A DNA stretch of 64,000 nt, from the NCBI RefSeq assembly GCF_046105845.1, contig NZ_CP151004.1; one strand, given 5' to 3'. The notes below the pieces were generated by a model, which saw only the letters and a program-made list of their open reading frames with translations, did no database searches and was not told the DNA's origin. The DNA comes from Escherichia coli. Its GTDB lineage: Bacteria; Pseudomonadota; Gammaproteobacteria; Enterobacterales; Enterobacteriaceae. Made by a program: the position numbers and the translations under genes. Within the stretch, counting starts at the first letter, position 1. Each line of letters opens with the position of its first letter. Of the stretch, positions 37,595 to 48,618 are shown one piece after another.

Positions 37595-38542
37595 TTACAG
37601 ACCGGTTAACCAGAAGACCCATGCAAGCGCAGCAAGGCTGAAGCCAAGCCAGGTCACATGGTGAATGAGTAAAAAACGCCCGCGTGCCAGCGTGTTTTCT
37701 GCGATTGAGGCCAGTACAAAAATCAGCAAAACCTTGAGCAGCGTAACGACAAGAGAAGTCAGCAGGCAGGCGAGAGAAAGTTCTTGCGCGCGCCCAAAGG
37801 GCAGAAACAGGGCCACAAACAGTGCTGCCATCACGACCTGTTTCAGCCCCAGCCCCCATTTCGCCAGCGCCAGCCCGGCACCGGAATATTCGGTCAGCGG
37901 GCCTTCCTGTAATTCCTGTTCTGCTTCAGCAACATCAAAGGGAATTTTTCCCATCTCAATGAAGCAGGCAAAACCACAGGCCAGTAACGCCAGTACGGTG
38001 GTTAGCGGCGAGTTCCAGCCCGTCGCCAGCGTCTTGCTGATCATCTCGATATGCGTGGAATCCGCTATCAGCGCCAATACCAGCAGTGAGAGAATGAGCA
38101 TGGGTTCGACCAGAATGCCGAGCGTCAACTCGCGACTGGCACCGACTCCCGCAAACGGGCTTCCGGTATCCAGCCCTGAAAGAGCAAAGAAAAAACGAAA
38201 CAGGGCAAGAAGATAGATAAGGGTGATCAGATCGCCGCCGCCCGCAAAAGGGGAAACGGTAATAAATAGTGGCAGGGCCATCGCCAGCACCAGCATGCTG
38301 CTGATTAATACCCACGGCATCAGGCGGAACATCAGACCTGAAGATGTCGGCGCAACTTCCTGGCGTTTAAACAGTTTGTGGATATCGCGATAATCCTGCC
38401 AGATCCCCGGTCCGCGACGGGAGTGCATTCGCGCGCGTATCTGCCGGGAAATACCCGTAAAAAGCGGGGTTAGCATCAGCAGAATCACGGCCTGTGCTAA
38501 CGCAAAAATGACCAGATATCCGTCGCAAAGAGTTTGTCTCAT
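37595..38542 (-). CDS. hyfC: Hydrogenase-4 membrane subunit HyfC (NuoH-like)
   Basis: 315 aa from MRQTLCDGYLVIF. Confidence 0.9.
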   Translation of the reverse strand: MRQTLCDGYLVIFALAQAVILLMLTPLFTGISRQIRARMHSRRGPGIWQDYRDIHKLFKRQEVAPTSSGLMFRLMPWVLISSMLVLAMALPLFITVSPFAGGGDLITLIYLLALFRFFFALSGLDTGSPFAGVGASRELTLGILVEPMLILSLLVLALIADSTHIEMISKTLATGWNSPLTTVLALLACGFACFIEMGKIPFDVAEAEQELQEGPLTEYSGAGLALAKWGLGLKQVVMAALFVALFLPFGRAQELSLACLLTSLVVTLLKVLLIFVLASIAENTLARGRFLLIHHVTWLGFSLAALAWVFWLTGL

Positions 38543-38552
38543 GGTGATTTCC

Positions 38553-40571
38553 TTAGACGGCAATAGCGATTAGCAGCACAACCAGTGCGGCGACCACATA
38601 CAGGCAATAGAGACGAAAGTCGCCGCTTTGCAGATGCTGTATTTCTTTGGCCAGCCGTTGGGTGGCGCTCACGATGGGGCGGATCACCCGCTCATCCCAG
38701 AAGGGTTCTGTGCTCTGAGCCCTGGCGGTGACATGCGCAAGACCTTTGTTCAGCCTCAGCGTAGGGTCGAGCTGTTGTCGTAGACGAAATAGCGCACAAA
38801 AGACCACACGCAGCGGCTGCATCACGCCATTGCCTGACGGGGCCATCGCATTTTCCCAGCCGTAGCCGCATGCCCAGGCATCTCCTGTGCGACGAAACGC
38901 TGCGCGGCGCGAACGACACCACAGCCAGTAAAGGCCAGGCAGCAAAGGCATCGCCAGTAGTAACAGCAACAGTAATGAGGGAGTGACCCGTGTATGAAAC
39001 GTGCCGGGTACAAGTGCTATTCCGCTGGCGACAGTGACGGGAGGGGTATTGGTAAACGCATGGGCAATGTGCATTATCTTCGGTGCCAGCCAACTGGCAC
39101 TAAGCGCAATTAATATGCAGAGTGCCGCGAGCAGTAGCATGGCGACGATCATCGTATTTGGCACTTCCTGTGCCTCTTCAGCGTGTGTACTGCGCGGCGC
39201 TCCACAGAAAGTAATACCGTACATTTTGACGAAGCACATTACTGCCAGCCCACCAGTGACTGCCAGCATCACCATAGCAATAGGACCCGCAAGTTGTAGC
39301 GCTACGGCTTCCACACGACTTAGTGAGAACAGCGACTGCCAGGTGTACCATTCGCTGATAAAACCATTCAGCGGAGGAATGGCTGATATCGCGAGGCAAC
39401 CAATCAGGCATGCTGCGGCTGTCCACGGCATACGTTTCGCCAGTGCCCCCATTTTTTCCATGTCGTGGGTATGCAAACGCGAAATAATCGCACCCGCGCC
39501 GAGAAACAGCAGCCCTTTGAACAGCGCATGGTTGAGCAGATGAAACAGCGCGCCGAGCAGTCCAACAACGGTGAGCAGCGGGTCGTGCAGTGACAGACCG
39601 ACCATCGCCACACCGACCGCCAGCAAAATAATGCCGACGTTTTCGACGGTACTCCAGGCCAGCAGCCGTTTGATATCCTGTTCCGCCAGCGCATACAGCA
39701 CGCCCAGGAGCGCGGAGATTGCGCCGATCGCCATCACCAGAATGCCCCACCACAGCGGCAAACCCGTTTGCGCCAGCAGGTCCATCGCTACTTTCAGGAT
39801 GCCGAAAATACCGATTTTGACCATTACGCCAGACATCAACGCCGAAGCGTGCGATGGTGCGGCAGGGTGAGCGCGTGGCAACCAGCTGTGCAACGGCATC
39901 ATCCCGGCTTTCGCGCCAAAACCGAAGAAGGCCAGCAGGAACACCGCCGACGCCAGCCCCGGAGAAAGTGAAAGCGTGCGGAAACTGGCAAAATCGAGGC
40001 TGCCGCTTTCGCGCCACATCAGCAAGAAGGCGATCATAATCAGCACCGATCCGGCGTGGGCGATAAAAAAGTAGAGCATGCCAGCGTTGATCGACGTTTT
40101 ATCCTGCCTGGCAATGACCAGAAACCAGGAAGACAGCGACATCATTTCAAACAGCACGATGAACCAAAAAGCGTTGTCCATCACCAGCAGGGCAACCATC
40201 GATGCGATGAAAATATTCATAAAGAAGCCCATCGCCGCCGCGCCTTTGCCCTCGTATTCGCGCATATAAGTCAATGAATAGAGCGAACAAACTACCACCA
40301 GCAAGGAGATAACCAGCACCATAAATGCCGAGAGGCTATCCATTCGCAGGGTTAAATCGGCAAAGTCAAAAGGGGTTGCAAAACGGGCGACTAAAGTTAC
40401 GCCTGCATGTAATTGCGTAATTCCGCTGATGATGCCAATCACGCCGCCCACCAGCGATGTGATGCCGGAAAGCTTAATAGCCAGTCTGTCCAGACCGAGT
40501 AAAAACAGCGAAGCCAGACTGGCAAACAGATAGAGAATCAGCGACCAGGTTAATAATTGCAGGGCATCCAT
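38553..40571 (-). CDS. hyfB: Hydrogenase-4 membrane subunit HyfB (NuoL-like)
   Basis: 672 aa polytopic. Confidence 0.93.
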   Translation of the reverse strand: MDALQLLTWSLILYLFASLASLFLLGLDRLAIKLSGITSLVGGVIGIISGITQLHAGVTLVARFATPFDFADLTLRMDSLSAFMVLVISLLVVVCSLYSLTYMREYEGKGAAAMGFFMNIFIASMVALLVMDNAFWFIVLFEMMSLSSWFLVIARQDKTSINAGMLYFFIAHAGSVLIMIAFLLMWRESGSLDFASFRTLSLSPGLASAVFLLAFFGFGAKAGMMPLHSWLPRAHPAAPSHASALMSGVMVKIGIFGILKVAMDLLAQTGLPLWWGILVMAIGAISALLGVLYALAEQDIKRLLAWSTVENVGIILLAVGVAMVGLSLHDPLLTVVGLLGALFHLLNHALFKGLLFLGAGAIISRLHTHDMEKMGALAKRMPWTAAACLIGCLAISAIPPLNGFISEWYTWQSLFSLSRVEAVALQLAGPIAMVMLAVTGGLAVMCFVKMYGITFCGAPRSTHAEEAQEVPNTMIVAMLLLAALCILIALSASWLAPKIMHIAHAFTNTPPVTVASGIALVPGTFHTRVTPSLLLLLLLAMPLLPGLYWLWCRSRRAAFRRTGDAWACGYGWENAMAPSGNGVMQPLRVVFCALFRLRQQLDPTLRLNKGLAHVTARAQSTEPFWDERVIRPIVSATQRLAKEIQHLQSGDFRLYCLYVVAALVVLLIAIAV

Positions 40572-41188
40572 TAGCGTTGCTCCTGAGTGAGGGAAAGGGG
40601 ATCCTCCTCGCCATTGGCAAACCAGCTTGCGGCAAGGCGCTGTTTTTCTTTCATCTGACGTTGCAGGCTATCGTCGGTGATCAGCCGTAACGCCTGATTC
40701 GGGCAAGCGCGAACGCAGGCCGGACCTTCTGGCAAGAAATCACACAGGTCGCATTTCACCGCGACGGTCTGGACACCCGGTTCCCAGCGCAGCAAAGCAT
40801 GTTGTGTTGGCGCGTTTTCTTCGCCGTCTTTGAGTGAGCCTTCAGCCTGAAAAACATATTGCGCAGGGGCATTCACCGGACGGCTTCCTGAAGCGCTGAT
40901 TGCGCCAAATGGGCAGACCACGGCGCAAAGCTTGCAGCCAATACAGAGGCTTTCGTTGAGTTGGATCGCATCATCCCTCTGGGAGATGGCATTGACCGGG
41001 CAGACCTGCAGGCAAGGGGCTTCCTCACAGTGATGACACACGACAGGGGCAGTGAGTGTTGACGTCTTCGCCAGGGCCAGGCGCGGGTGTTGCTGTAAAC
41101 CTTGCGTTTTATGCACGTCCGAACAGGCAGCGAGACAGGTATTACATCCTGTACACCACAGTGGTTCGGCCACCACAAAGCGGTTCAT
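40571..41188 (-). CDS. hyfA: Hydrogenase-4 ferredoxin subunit HyfA
   Basis: 205 aa from MNRFVVAEPLWCTGC; multiple 4Fe-4S Cys clusters. Confidence 0.9.
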   Translation of the reverse strand: MNRFVVAEPLWCTGCNTCLAACSDVHKTQGLQQHPRLALAKTSTLTAPVVCHHCEEAPCLQVCPVNAISQRDDAIQLNESLCIGCKLCAVVCPFGAISASGSRPVNAPAQYVFQAEGSLKDGEENAPTQHALLRWEPGVQTVAVKCDLCDFLPEGPACVRACPNQALRLITDDSLQRQMKEKQRLAASWFANGEEDPLSLTQEQR

Positions 41189-41228
41189 GTCGGCTCCTTG
41201 AAAATGATATGAAACATTGCATTTCATA

Positions 41229-41246
41229 TTGCATAAAGGATGCCAG
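41229..41246 (-). promoter_or_regulatory. Sigma-54 (-24/-12) promoter of the hyf operon
   Basis: Minus-strand cTGGCAtcctttaTGCAa matches TGGCAC-N5-TTGCA; about 30-40 bp upstream of hyfA. Confidence 0.55.
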
Positions 41247-41440
41247 TCTTATTAATTTAATATATTCAATAAGTTATGAATTAACTGGATTCTGAACGGT
41301 ACAAAAATGATGGTCATTAACGTTCAGCAAAAAATGGATTCGACACCCGTGTCGCAGGGGAAAGTGAGAATGTGATCTTGGTCACGAGAAGTGAGGTGTG
41401 CTGACCACAAGCGCAGCCAGCACGGAATGGAGCAAAGTAA

Positions 41441-41911
41441 TCAGGCGTGTTCTTTCAGCCAGTTCAGCACAACGTCGTGGTGATTGCTGGTTTTGAAATC
41501 GTCAAAGACATGTTCGATTTTGCCATCAGCGTCAATCAGGAAGCTGATGCGATGAATACCATCGTAGGTTTTGCCCATGAAGGACTTTTCACCCCAGACG
41601 CCGAATTGTTCGCACACCTGGTGGTCCTCATCAGACAGGAGCGTAAAGTTAAGCAGCTCTTTTTCCGCAAAACGGGAGAGTTTTTCGGGTTTATCGGTGC
41701 TGATACCCAGCACATCAACGCCCGCTTTTTTCAACTCATCCATGTTATCGCGTAAGCCGCAGGCCTGTACGGTACAGCCGGGGGTCATGGCTTTCGGGTA
41801 GAAATAAACCAGAACACGCTGTCCCTGGAAGTCGGTCAAATTAACTTGTTCTCCGTCTTGATCCGGCAAGCTAAATTTCGGTGCGATATCACCGGCTTTC
41901 AGTGGATTCAT
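41441..41911 (-). CDS. bcp: Thiol peroxidase Bcp (peroxiredoxin)
   Basis: 156 aa; PGCT active site. Confidence 0.95.
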   Translation of the reverse strand: MNPLKAGDIAPKFSLPDQDGEQVNLTDFQGQRVLVYFYPKAMTPGCTVQACGLRDNMDELKKAGVDVLGISTDKPEKLSRFAEKELLNFTLLSDEDHQVCEQFGVWGEKSFMGKTYDGIHRISFLIDADGKIEHVFDDFKTSNHHDVVLNWLKEHA

Positions 41912-42483
41912 TACTTAACTCCATCCTGTTCATCATGTTGGGAATAATTGACGACGTTAATACTGCCTTGTGCATTGAGTTCTGTACATAGGGCTTTGAA
42001 TGCTTGCTCAATATTTGCTGAGTCCGCAGATGCGGGGCTGTGGGCGGTTATCTGAATATGCAACTGCGCAGCCCGTTTATTTTCAGCAGGTTGCGTGCGC
42101 GACACCAGCTCCGCAATGTTCATATGATGCGCGTCGAAAAGTGCTGTGAAGCGTTCAATTAAATGCGGGGAGTCTGCCACATCGACCTGAACCCAGACAG
42201 ATGCTGGCATTGGCGGACGCGGACGCGCCGTCGTGCGCTTCATCACGATTAAAAGATCCAGCTCGGCACCTTTCAACGGTAACGTTGATTCAATCAGAGT
42301 AATGGCATTCCATGAACCGGAAAGCAGCATGATAAACGTGAACTCTTCTCCCAGCATCGCCAGGCGACTGTCTTCAATATTACAGCCGCAACTACTGACA
42401 TGACGGGTGATGGTGTTCACAATTCCAGGGCGATCGGCACCCAACGCAGTGATCACCAGATAATGTTGCGATGACAGTGTCAA
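41911..42483 (-). CDS. gcvR: Glycine cleavage system regulator GcvR (TTG start)
   Basis: 190 aa from (M)TLSSQHYLVITALGADRPG; ACT domains. Confidence 0.88.
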   Translation of the reverse strand: MTLSSQHYLVITALGADRPGIVNTITRHVSSCGCNIEDSRLAMLGEEFTFIMLLSGSWNAITLIESTLPLKGAELDLLIVMKRTTARPRPPMPASVWVQVDVADSPHLIERFTALFDAHHMNIAELVSRTQPAENKRAAQLHIQITAHSPASADSANIEQAFKALCTELNAQGSINVVNYSQHDEQDGVK

Positions 42484-42628
42484 ACTGGTTATTCCTTTAA
42501 GGGGTGAGTTGTTCTTAAGGAAAGCATAAAAAAAACATGCATACAACAATCAGAACGGTTCTGTCTGCTTGCTTTTAATGCCATACCAAACGTACCATTG
42601 AGACACTTGTTTGCACAGAGGATGGCCC

Positions 42629-43507
42629 ATGTTCACGGGAAGTATTGTCGCGATTGTTACTCCGATGGATGAAAAAGGTAATGTCTGTCGGGCTAGCTTG
42701 AAAAAACTGATTGATTATCATGTCGCCAGCGGTACTTCGGCGATCGTTTCTGTTGGCACCACTGGCGAGTCCGCTACCTTAAATCATGACGAACATGCTG
42801 ATGTGGTGATGATGACGCTGGAGCTGGCTGACGGGCGCATTCCGGTGATTGCCGGGACCGGCGCTAACGCTACTGCGGAAGCCATTAGCCTGACGCAGCG
42901 CTTCAATGACAGTGGTATCGTCGGCTGCCTGACGGTAACCCCTTACTACAATCGTCCGTCGCAAGAAGGTTTGTATCAGCATTTCAAAGCCATCGCTGAA
43001 CATACTGACCTGCCGCAAATTCTGTATAATGTGCCGTCCCGGACTGGCTGCGATCTGCTCCCGGAAACGGTGGGCCGTCTGGCGAAAGTAAAAAATATTA
43101 TCGGAATCAAAGAGGCAACAGGGAACTTAACGCGTGTAAACCAGATCAAAGAGCTGGTTTCAGATGATTTTGTTCTGCTGAGCGGCGATGATGCGAGCGC
43201 GCTGGACTTCATGCAATTAGGCGGTCATGGGGTTATTTCCGTTACGGCTAACGTCGCAGCGCGTGATATGGCCCAGATGTGCAAACTGGCAGCAGAAGGG
43301 CATTTTGCCGAGGCACGCGTTATTAATCAGCGTCTGATGCCATTACACAACAAACTATTTGTCGAACCCAATCCAATCCCGGTGAAATGGGCATGTAAGG
43401 AACTGGGTCTTGTGGCGACCGATACGCTGCGCCTGCCAATGACACCAATCACCGACAGTGGTCGTGAGACGGTCAGAGCGGCGCTTAAGCATGCCGGTTT
43501 GCTGTAA
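42629..43507 (+). CDS. dapA: 4-hydroxy-tetrahydrodipicolinate synthase DapA
   Basis: 292 aa from [17 protein letters not shown]. Confidence 0.95.
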   Translation: MFTGSIVAIVTPMDEKGNVCRASLKKLIDYHVASGTSAIVSVGTTGESATLNHDEHADVVMMTLELADGRIPVIAGTGANATAEAISLTQRFNDSGIVGCLTVTPYYNRPSQEGLYQHFKAIAEHTDLPQILYNVPSRTGCDLLPETVGRLAKVKNIIGIKEATGNLTRVNQIKELVSDDFVLLSGDDASALDFMQLGGHGVISVTANVAARDMAQMCKLAAEGHFAEARVINQRLMPLHNKLFVEPNPIPVKWACKELGLVATDTLRLPMTPITDSGRETVRAALKHAGLL

Positions 43508-43523
43508 AGTTTAGGGAGATTTG

Positions 43524-44558
43524 ATGGCTTACTCTGTTCAAAAGTCGCGCCTGGCAAAGGTTGCGGGTGTTTCGCTTGTTTTATTACTCGCTGCCTGTAG
43601 TTCTGACTCACGCTATAAGCGTCAGGTCAGTGGTGATGAAGCCTACCTGGAAGCGGCACCGCTTGCGGAGCTTCATGCCCCGGCTGGAATGATTTTGCCG
43701 GTGACCTCCGGTGATTATGCAATCCCGGTGACCAACGGTAGTGGTGCTGTCGGTAAGGCGCTGGACATTCGTCCACCAGCCCAGCCGCTGGCACTGGTTT
43801 CTGGCGCGCGTACCCAGTTCACGGGCGATACCGCTTCATTGCTGGTGGAAAATGGTCGTGGCAATACTCTGTGGCCGCAGGTGGTTAGCGTGCTGCAGGC
43901 GAAAAACTACACCATCACCCAACGTGATGATGCTGGTCAGACACTGACCACCGATTGGGTACAATGGAACCGTCTGGACGAAGACGAGCAGTATCGTGGT
44001 CGTTATCAAATCTCTGTTAAGCCGCAGGGTTATCAGCAGGCGGTTACGGTTAAACTGCTGAACCTGGAACAGGCGGGCAAACCGGTTGCAGACGCGGCTT
44101 CCATGCAGCGTTACAGCACGGAGATGATGAACGTTATTTCCGCCGGTCTGGATAAATCTGCCACTGACGCCGCGAACGCTGCGCAAAATCGTGCCTCCAC
44201 CACTATGGACGTACAAAGTGCAGCTGATGACACCGGTTTACCAATGCTGGTCGTACGCGGGCCGTTCAATGTGGTTTGGCAACGTCTGCCAGCGGCGCTG
44301 GAAAAAGTGGGCATGAAAGTGACCGACAGCACCCGTTCGCAGGGCAACATGGCCGTAACTTACAAGCCGCTGTCTGACAGCGACTGGCAGGAACTGGGCG
44401 CGAACGATCCAGGCCTGGCATCCGGTGACTATAAACTGCAGGTTGGCGATTTAGATAACCGCAGCAGCCTACAGTTCATCGATCCGAAAGGTCATACTCT
44501 GACTCAGAGTCAGAACGACGCGCTGGTAGCTGTCTTCCAGGCTGCGTTTAGCAAGTAA
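43524..44558 (+). CDS. bamC: Outer membrane protein assembly factor BamC (NlpB)
   Basis: 344 aa; lipobox LAACSS. Confidence 0.93.
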   Translation: MAYSVQKSRLAKVAGVSLVLLLAACSSDSRYKRQVSGDEAYLEAAPLAELHAPAGMILPVTSGDYAIPVTNGSGAVGKALDIRPPAQPLALVSGARTQFTGDTASLLVENGRGNTLWPQVVSVLQAKNYTITQRDDAGQTLTTDWVQWNRLDEDEQYRGRYQISVKPQGYQQAVTVKLLNLEQAGKPVADAASMQRYSTEMMNVISAGLDKSATDAANAAQNRASTTMDVQSAADDTGLPMLVVRGPFNVVWQRLPAALEKVGMKVTDSTRSQGNMAVTYKPLSDSDWQELGANDPGLASGDYKLQVGDLDNRSSLQFIDPKGHTLTQSQNDALVAVFQAAFSK

Positions 44559-44565
44559 AAATACA

Positions 44566-44591
44566 GGGCTGGAATCATCCGGCCCTTTTTT
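44566..44591 (+). terminator. Terminator after bamC
   Basis: gggctgg aatcat ccggccc followed by tttttt. Confidence 0.45.
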
Positions 44592-44601
44592 CTGATATGA
44601 T

Positions 44602-44617
44602 ACGCAAACGTGTGCGT
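44602..44617 (+). promoter_or_regulatory. PurR operator (pur box) in purC control region
   Basis: ACGCAAACGTGTGCGT, near-consensus pur box. Confidence 0.55.
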
Positions 44618-44663
44618 CGGCAGGAAAACGCCATTTTAGCGGTAATTCGCACGAAATTTGTTT

Positions 44664-44707
<44 letters not shown>

Positions 44708-44770
44708 ACATCCAGCACACCAGACAGCAAAAGATTTTAAAACGTTAATTCACACCCAGGAGTGATAAAG

Positions 44771-45484
44771 ATGCAAAAGCAAGCTGAGTTGTATCGTGGT
44801 AAAGCGAAAACCGTATACAGCACGGAAAACCCGGACCTGTTGGTGCTCGAATTCCGCAATGATACGTCAGCAGGGGATGGCGCGCGCATTGAGCAGTTTG
44901 ATCGCAAAGGTATGGTGAACAACAAGTTCAACTACTTCATTATGAGCAAACTGGCTGAAGCGGGTATCCCGACTCAAATGGAGCGTCTGCTCTCCGATAC
45001 CGAATGTCTGGTGAAAAAGCTGGATATGGTGCCGGTTGAGTGTGTCGTGCGTAACCGTGCTGCTGGCTCTCTGGTGAAACGTCTTGGAATCGAAGAAGGT
45101 ATTGAGCTGAACCCGCCGCTGTTCGATCTGTTCCTGAAAAACGACGCCATGCACGATCCGATGGTCAACGAATCTTACTGCGAAACCTTTGGCTGGGTGA
45201 GCAAAGAGAACCTGGCGCGTATGAAAGAGCTGACCTACAAAGCGAACGACGTGCTGAAAAAACTGTTCGATGATGCTGGTCTGATTTTGGTCGACTTTAA
45301 ACTGGAGTTTGGCCTGTACAAAGGTGAAGTGGTACTGGGCGATGAGTTCTCCCCGGACGGCAGCCGCCTGTGGGACAAAGAAACGCTGGAGAAAATGGAC
45401 AAAGACCGTTTCCGCCAGAGCCTCGGTGGCCTGATCGAAGCCTATGAAGCCGTTGCCCGCCGCCTGGGTGTACAGCTGGACTGA
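44771..45484 (+). CDS. purC: SAICAR synthetase PurC
   Basis: 237 aa from [18 protein letters not shown]. Confidence 0.95.
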
Positions 45485-45651
45485 TTTTTCTATTCATCAT
45501 CTTGCCGTGCTGCTGGCACGGCAAGACAACCGCTCTCATAAGATGTGCATTGAACGCTCATTCCTCCGCCATTTCATCCCGCTTTCCTGTGGTAATCTTC
45601 CTCTGAACCACCTACGATCATTTCTATAATGAATATATTGTTGAGGTATCT

Positions 45652-46515
45652 ATGCGTTGGCAAGGGCGACGTGAAAGTGACAATGTTGAAGACAGGCGCA
45701 ACAGCTCTGGTGGTCCGTCTATGGGCGGTCCCGGTTTTCGCCTGCCAAGCGGTAAAGGCGGGCTGATTTTACTGATAGTCGTGCTGGTTGCAGGCTACTA
45801 TGGCGTTGATTTAACCGGGTTGATGACCGGACAGCCGGTTTCCCAACAGCAATCAACACGGTCAATTAGCCCAAATGAAGACGAAGCCGCAAAATTCACT
45901 TCGGTGATTCTGGCAACCACGGAAGACACCTGGGGACAGCAATTCGAGAAGATGGGTAAAACCTATCAGCAACCGAAGCTGGTCATGTACCGTGGAATGA
46001 CGCGCACCGGCTGCGGGGCGGGCCAGTCCATTATGGGACCGTTCTATTGCCCGGCGGATGGCACGGTTTATATCGATCTCTCCTTCTATGATGAAATGAA
46101 AGACAAACTTGGCGCGGATGGCGATTTTGCCCAGGGGTACGTTATCGCCCATGAAGTCGGTCATCATGTGCAGAAACTGTTAGGCATCGAGCCGAAAGTT
46201 CGTCAACTGCAACAAAACGCGACGCAGGCGGAAGTGAACCGCTTATCTGTGCGTATGGAACTCCAGGCCGACTGTTTTGCTGGTGTCTGGGGGCATAGTA
46301 TGCAGCAGCAAGGCGTTCTGGAAACCGGCGATCTGGAAGAGGCGCTGAACGCGGCGCAGGCCATCGGCGATGACCGTTTACAACAGCAAAGTCAGGGGCG
46401 AGTAGTACCAGACAGTTTCACTCATGGCACTTCTCAGCAACGCTACAGCTGGTTTAAACGTGGTTTCGACAGCGGCGATCCGGCACAATGCAATACTTTT
46501 GGTAAAAGCATTTAA
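45652..46515 (+). CDS. ypfJ: Putative neutral zinc metallopeptidase YpfJ
   Basis: 287 aa; HEVGHH zinc-binding motif. Confidence 0.9.
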   Translation: MRWQGRRESDNVEDRRNSSGGPSMGGPGFRLPSGKGGLILLIVVLVAGYYGVDLTGLMTGQPVSQQQSTRSISPNEDEAAKFTSVILATTEDTWGQQFEKMGKTYQQPKLVMYRGMTRTGCGAGQSIMGPFYCPADGTVYIDLSFYDEMKDKLGADGDFAQGYVIAHEVGHHVQKLLGIEPKVRQLQQNATQAEVNRLSVRMELQADCFAGVWGHSMQQQGVLETGDLEEALNAAQAIGDDRLQQQSQGRVVPDSFTHGTSQQRYSWFKRGFDSGDPAQCNTFGKSI

Positions 46516-46529
46516 CTTCCGGGGCAGGG

Positions 46530-48545
46530 ATGGCTGAACTGACTGCGCTTCACACATTAACAGCGCAAATGAAACGTGAAGGGATCCGCCGCTTGCTGGT
46601 GTTGAGCGGGGAAGAGGGTTGGTGTTTTGATCATGCGCTTAAGTTGCGTGATGCTTTACCTGGCGACTGGCTGTGGATTTCGCCGCAGCCAGTCGCTGAA
46701 AACCACTGTTTTCCCTCGGCGCTACAAACTTTACTTGGGCGCGAGTTCCGGCATGCGGTATTCGACGCCCGCCACGGCTTTGATGCCGCTGCCTTTGCGG
46801 CACTTAGCGGAACGTTGAAAGCGGGAAGCTGGCTGGTTTTGTTACTCCCTGTATGGGAAGAGTGGGAAAACCAACCTGATGCCGACTCGCTGCGCTGGAG
46901 TGATTGCCCTGACCCTATTGCGACGCCGCATTTTGTCCAGCATCTCAAACGCGTACTTACGGCGGATAACGACGCTATTCTCTGGCGGCAAAACCAGCCG
47001 TTCTCGTTGGCGCATTTTACTCCCCGTACTGACTGGCACCCCGCGACCGGCACACCACAACCAGAACAACAGCAACTCTTACAGCAGTTACTGACCATGC
47101 CGCCGGGCGTGGCAGCGGTAACGGCTGCGCGTGGGCGCGGTAAATCGGCGTTGGCAGGGCAACTCATTTCTCGTATTGCGGGCAGTGCGATTGTCACCGC
47201 GCCCGCAAAAGCGGCAACGGATGTACTGGCACAATTTGCGGGCGAGAAGTTTCGCTTTATTGCACCGGATGCCTTGTTAGCCAGCGATGAGCAAGCCGAC
47301 TGGCTGGTGGTCGATGAAGCCGCAGCCATACCTGCGTCGTTGTTGCATCAACTGGTATCGCGTTTTCCTCGAACGTTGTTAACCACTACGGTGCAGGGCT
47401 ACGAAGGTACCGGACGTGGTTTTTTGCTGAAATTTTGCGCTCGCTTTCCGCATTTACACCGTTTTGAATTGCAACAGCCGATCCGCTGGGCACAGGGATG
47501 CCCGCTGGAAAAAATGGTTAGTAATGCACTGGTTTTTGACGATGAAAACTTCACCCATACACCACAAGGCAATATCGTCATTTCCGCATTTGAACAGACG
47601 TTATGGCGAAGCGATCCAGAAACGCCGTTAAAGGTTTATCAGTTATTGTCTGGCGCGCACTACCGGACCTCGCCGCTGGATTTACGCCGTATGATGGATG
47701 CACCAGGGCAACATTTTTTACAGGCGGCTGGCGACAACGAGATTGCCGGAGCGCTGTGGCTGGTGGATGAGGGCGGATTATCTCAAGAACTCAGTCAGGC
47801 GGTATGGGCAGGTTTTCGTCGCCCGCGGGGTAATCTGGTGGCCCAGTCGCTGGCGGCGCACGGCAGCAATCCACTGGCAGCGACATTGCGTGGACGGCGG
47901 GTAAGCCGGATAGTAGTTCATCCGGCGCGTCAGCGGGAAGGCACAGGGCGGCAACTGATTGCTGGTGCTTTGCAATATACGCAAGGCCTCGACTATCTTT
48001 CGGTGAGTTTTGGTTACACCGGGGAATTATGGCGTTTCTGGCAACGCTGCGGATTTGTGCTGGTGCGAATGGGTAATCATCGTGAAGCCAGCAGCGGTTG
48101 CTATACGGCGATGGCACTGTTACCGATGAGTGATGCGGGTAAACAGCTGGCTGAACGTGAGCATTACCGTTTACGTCGCGATGCGCAAGCTCTCGCGCAG
48201 TGGAATGGCGAAACGCTCCCTGTTGATCCACTAAACGATGCCGTCCTTTCTGACGACGACTGGCTTGAACTGGCCGGTTTTGCTTTCGCTCATCGTCCGC
48301 TATTAACATCGTTAGGTTGCTTAATGCGTCTGTTACAAACCAGCGAACTGGCATTACCGGCGCTGCGTGGGCGTTTACAGAAAAACGCCAGTGACGCGCA
48401 GTTATGTACCACACTTAAACTTTCAGGCCGTAAGCTGTTACTGGTCCGTCAACGCGAAGAAGCTGCGCAGGCGCTGTTCGCACTTAATGATGTTCGCACT
48501 GAGCGTTTGCGCGATTGCATAACGCAATGGCAATTTTTTCACTGA
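46530..48545 (+). CDS. tmcA: tRNA(Met) cytidine acetyltransferase TmcA
   Basis: 671 aa; helicase-like Walker A GRGKSA plus GNAT domain. Confidence 0.93.
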   Translation: MAELTALHTLTAQMKREGIRRLLVLSGEEGWCFDHALKLRDALPGDWLWISPQPVAENHCFPSALQTLLGREFRHAVFDARHGFDAAAFAALSGTLKAGSWLVLLLPVWEEWENQPDADSLRWSDCPDPIATPHFVQHLKRVLTADNDAILWRQNQPFSLAHFTPRTDWHPATGTPQPEQQQLLQQLLTMPPGVAAVTAARGRGKSALAGQLISRIAGSAIVTAPAKAATDVLAQFAGEKFRFIAPDALLASDEQADWLVVDEAAAIPASLLHQLVSRFPRTLLTTTVQGYEGTGRGFLLKFCARFPHLHRFELQQPIRWAQGCPLEKMVSNALVFDDENFTHTPQGNIVISAFEQTLWRSDPETPLKVYQLLSGAHYRTSPLDLRRMMDAPGQHFLQAAGDNEIAGALWLVDEGGLSQELSQAVWAGFRRPRGNLVAQSLAAHGSNPLAATLRGRRVSRIVVHPARQREGTGRQLIAGALQYTQGLDYLSVSFGYTGELWRFWQRCGFVLVRMGNHREASSGCYTAMALLPMSDAGKQLAEREHYRLRRDAQALAQWNGETLPVDPLNDAVLSDDDWLELAGFAFAHRPLLTSLGCLMRLLQTSELALPALRGRLQKNASDAQLCTTLKLSGRKLLLVRQREEAAQALFALNDVRTERLRDCITQWQFFH

Positions 48546-48618
48546 CTCCTTCAATTTTCTCCCATGGTCATTGTGAGTCAGCGGCGTAAAATTAATGACA
48601 TCAGTTAAGGAGTTCGCC

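Noticed and set aside
28429-41246. hyf operon as a horizontally acquired island
   Set aside because: Gene order, lengths and flanking genes (focB, bcp) are as I recall for K-12; it is conserved core in E. coli even if phylogenetically patchy elsewhere.
41283-41331. ctgaacg ... cgttcag pairing as bcp terminator
   Set aside because: Loop of about 25 nt is too long for a convincing intrinsic terminator; left unannotated.
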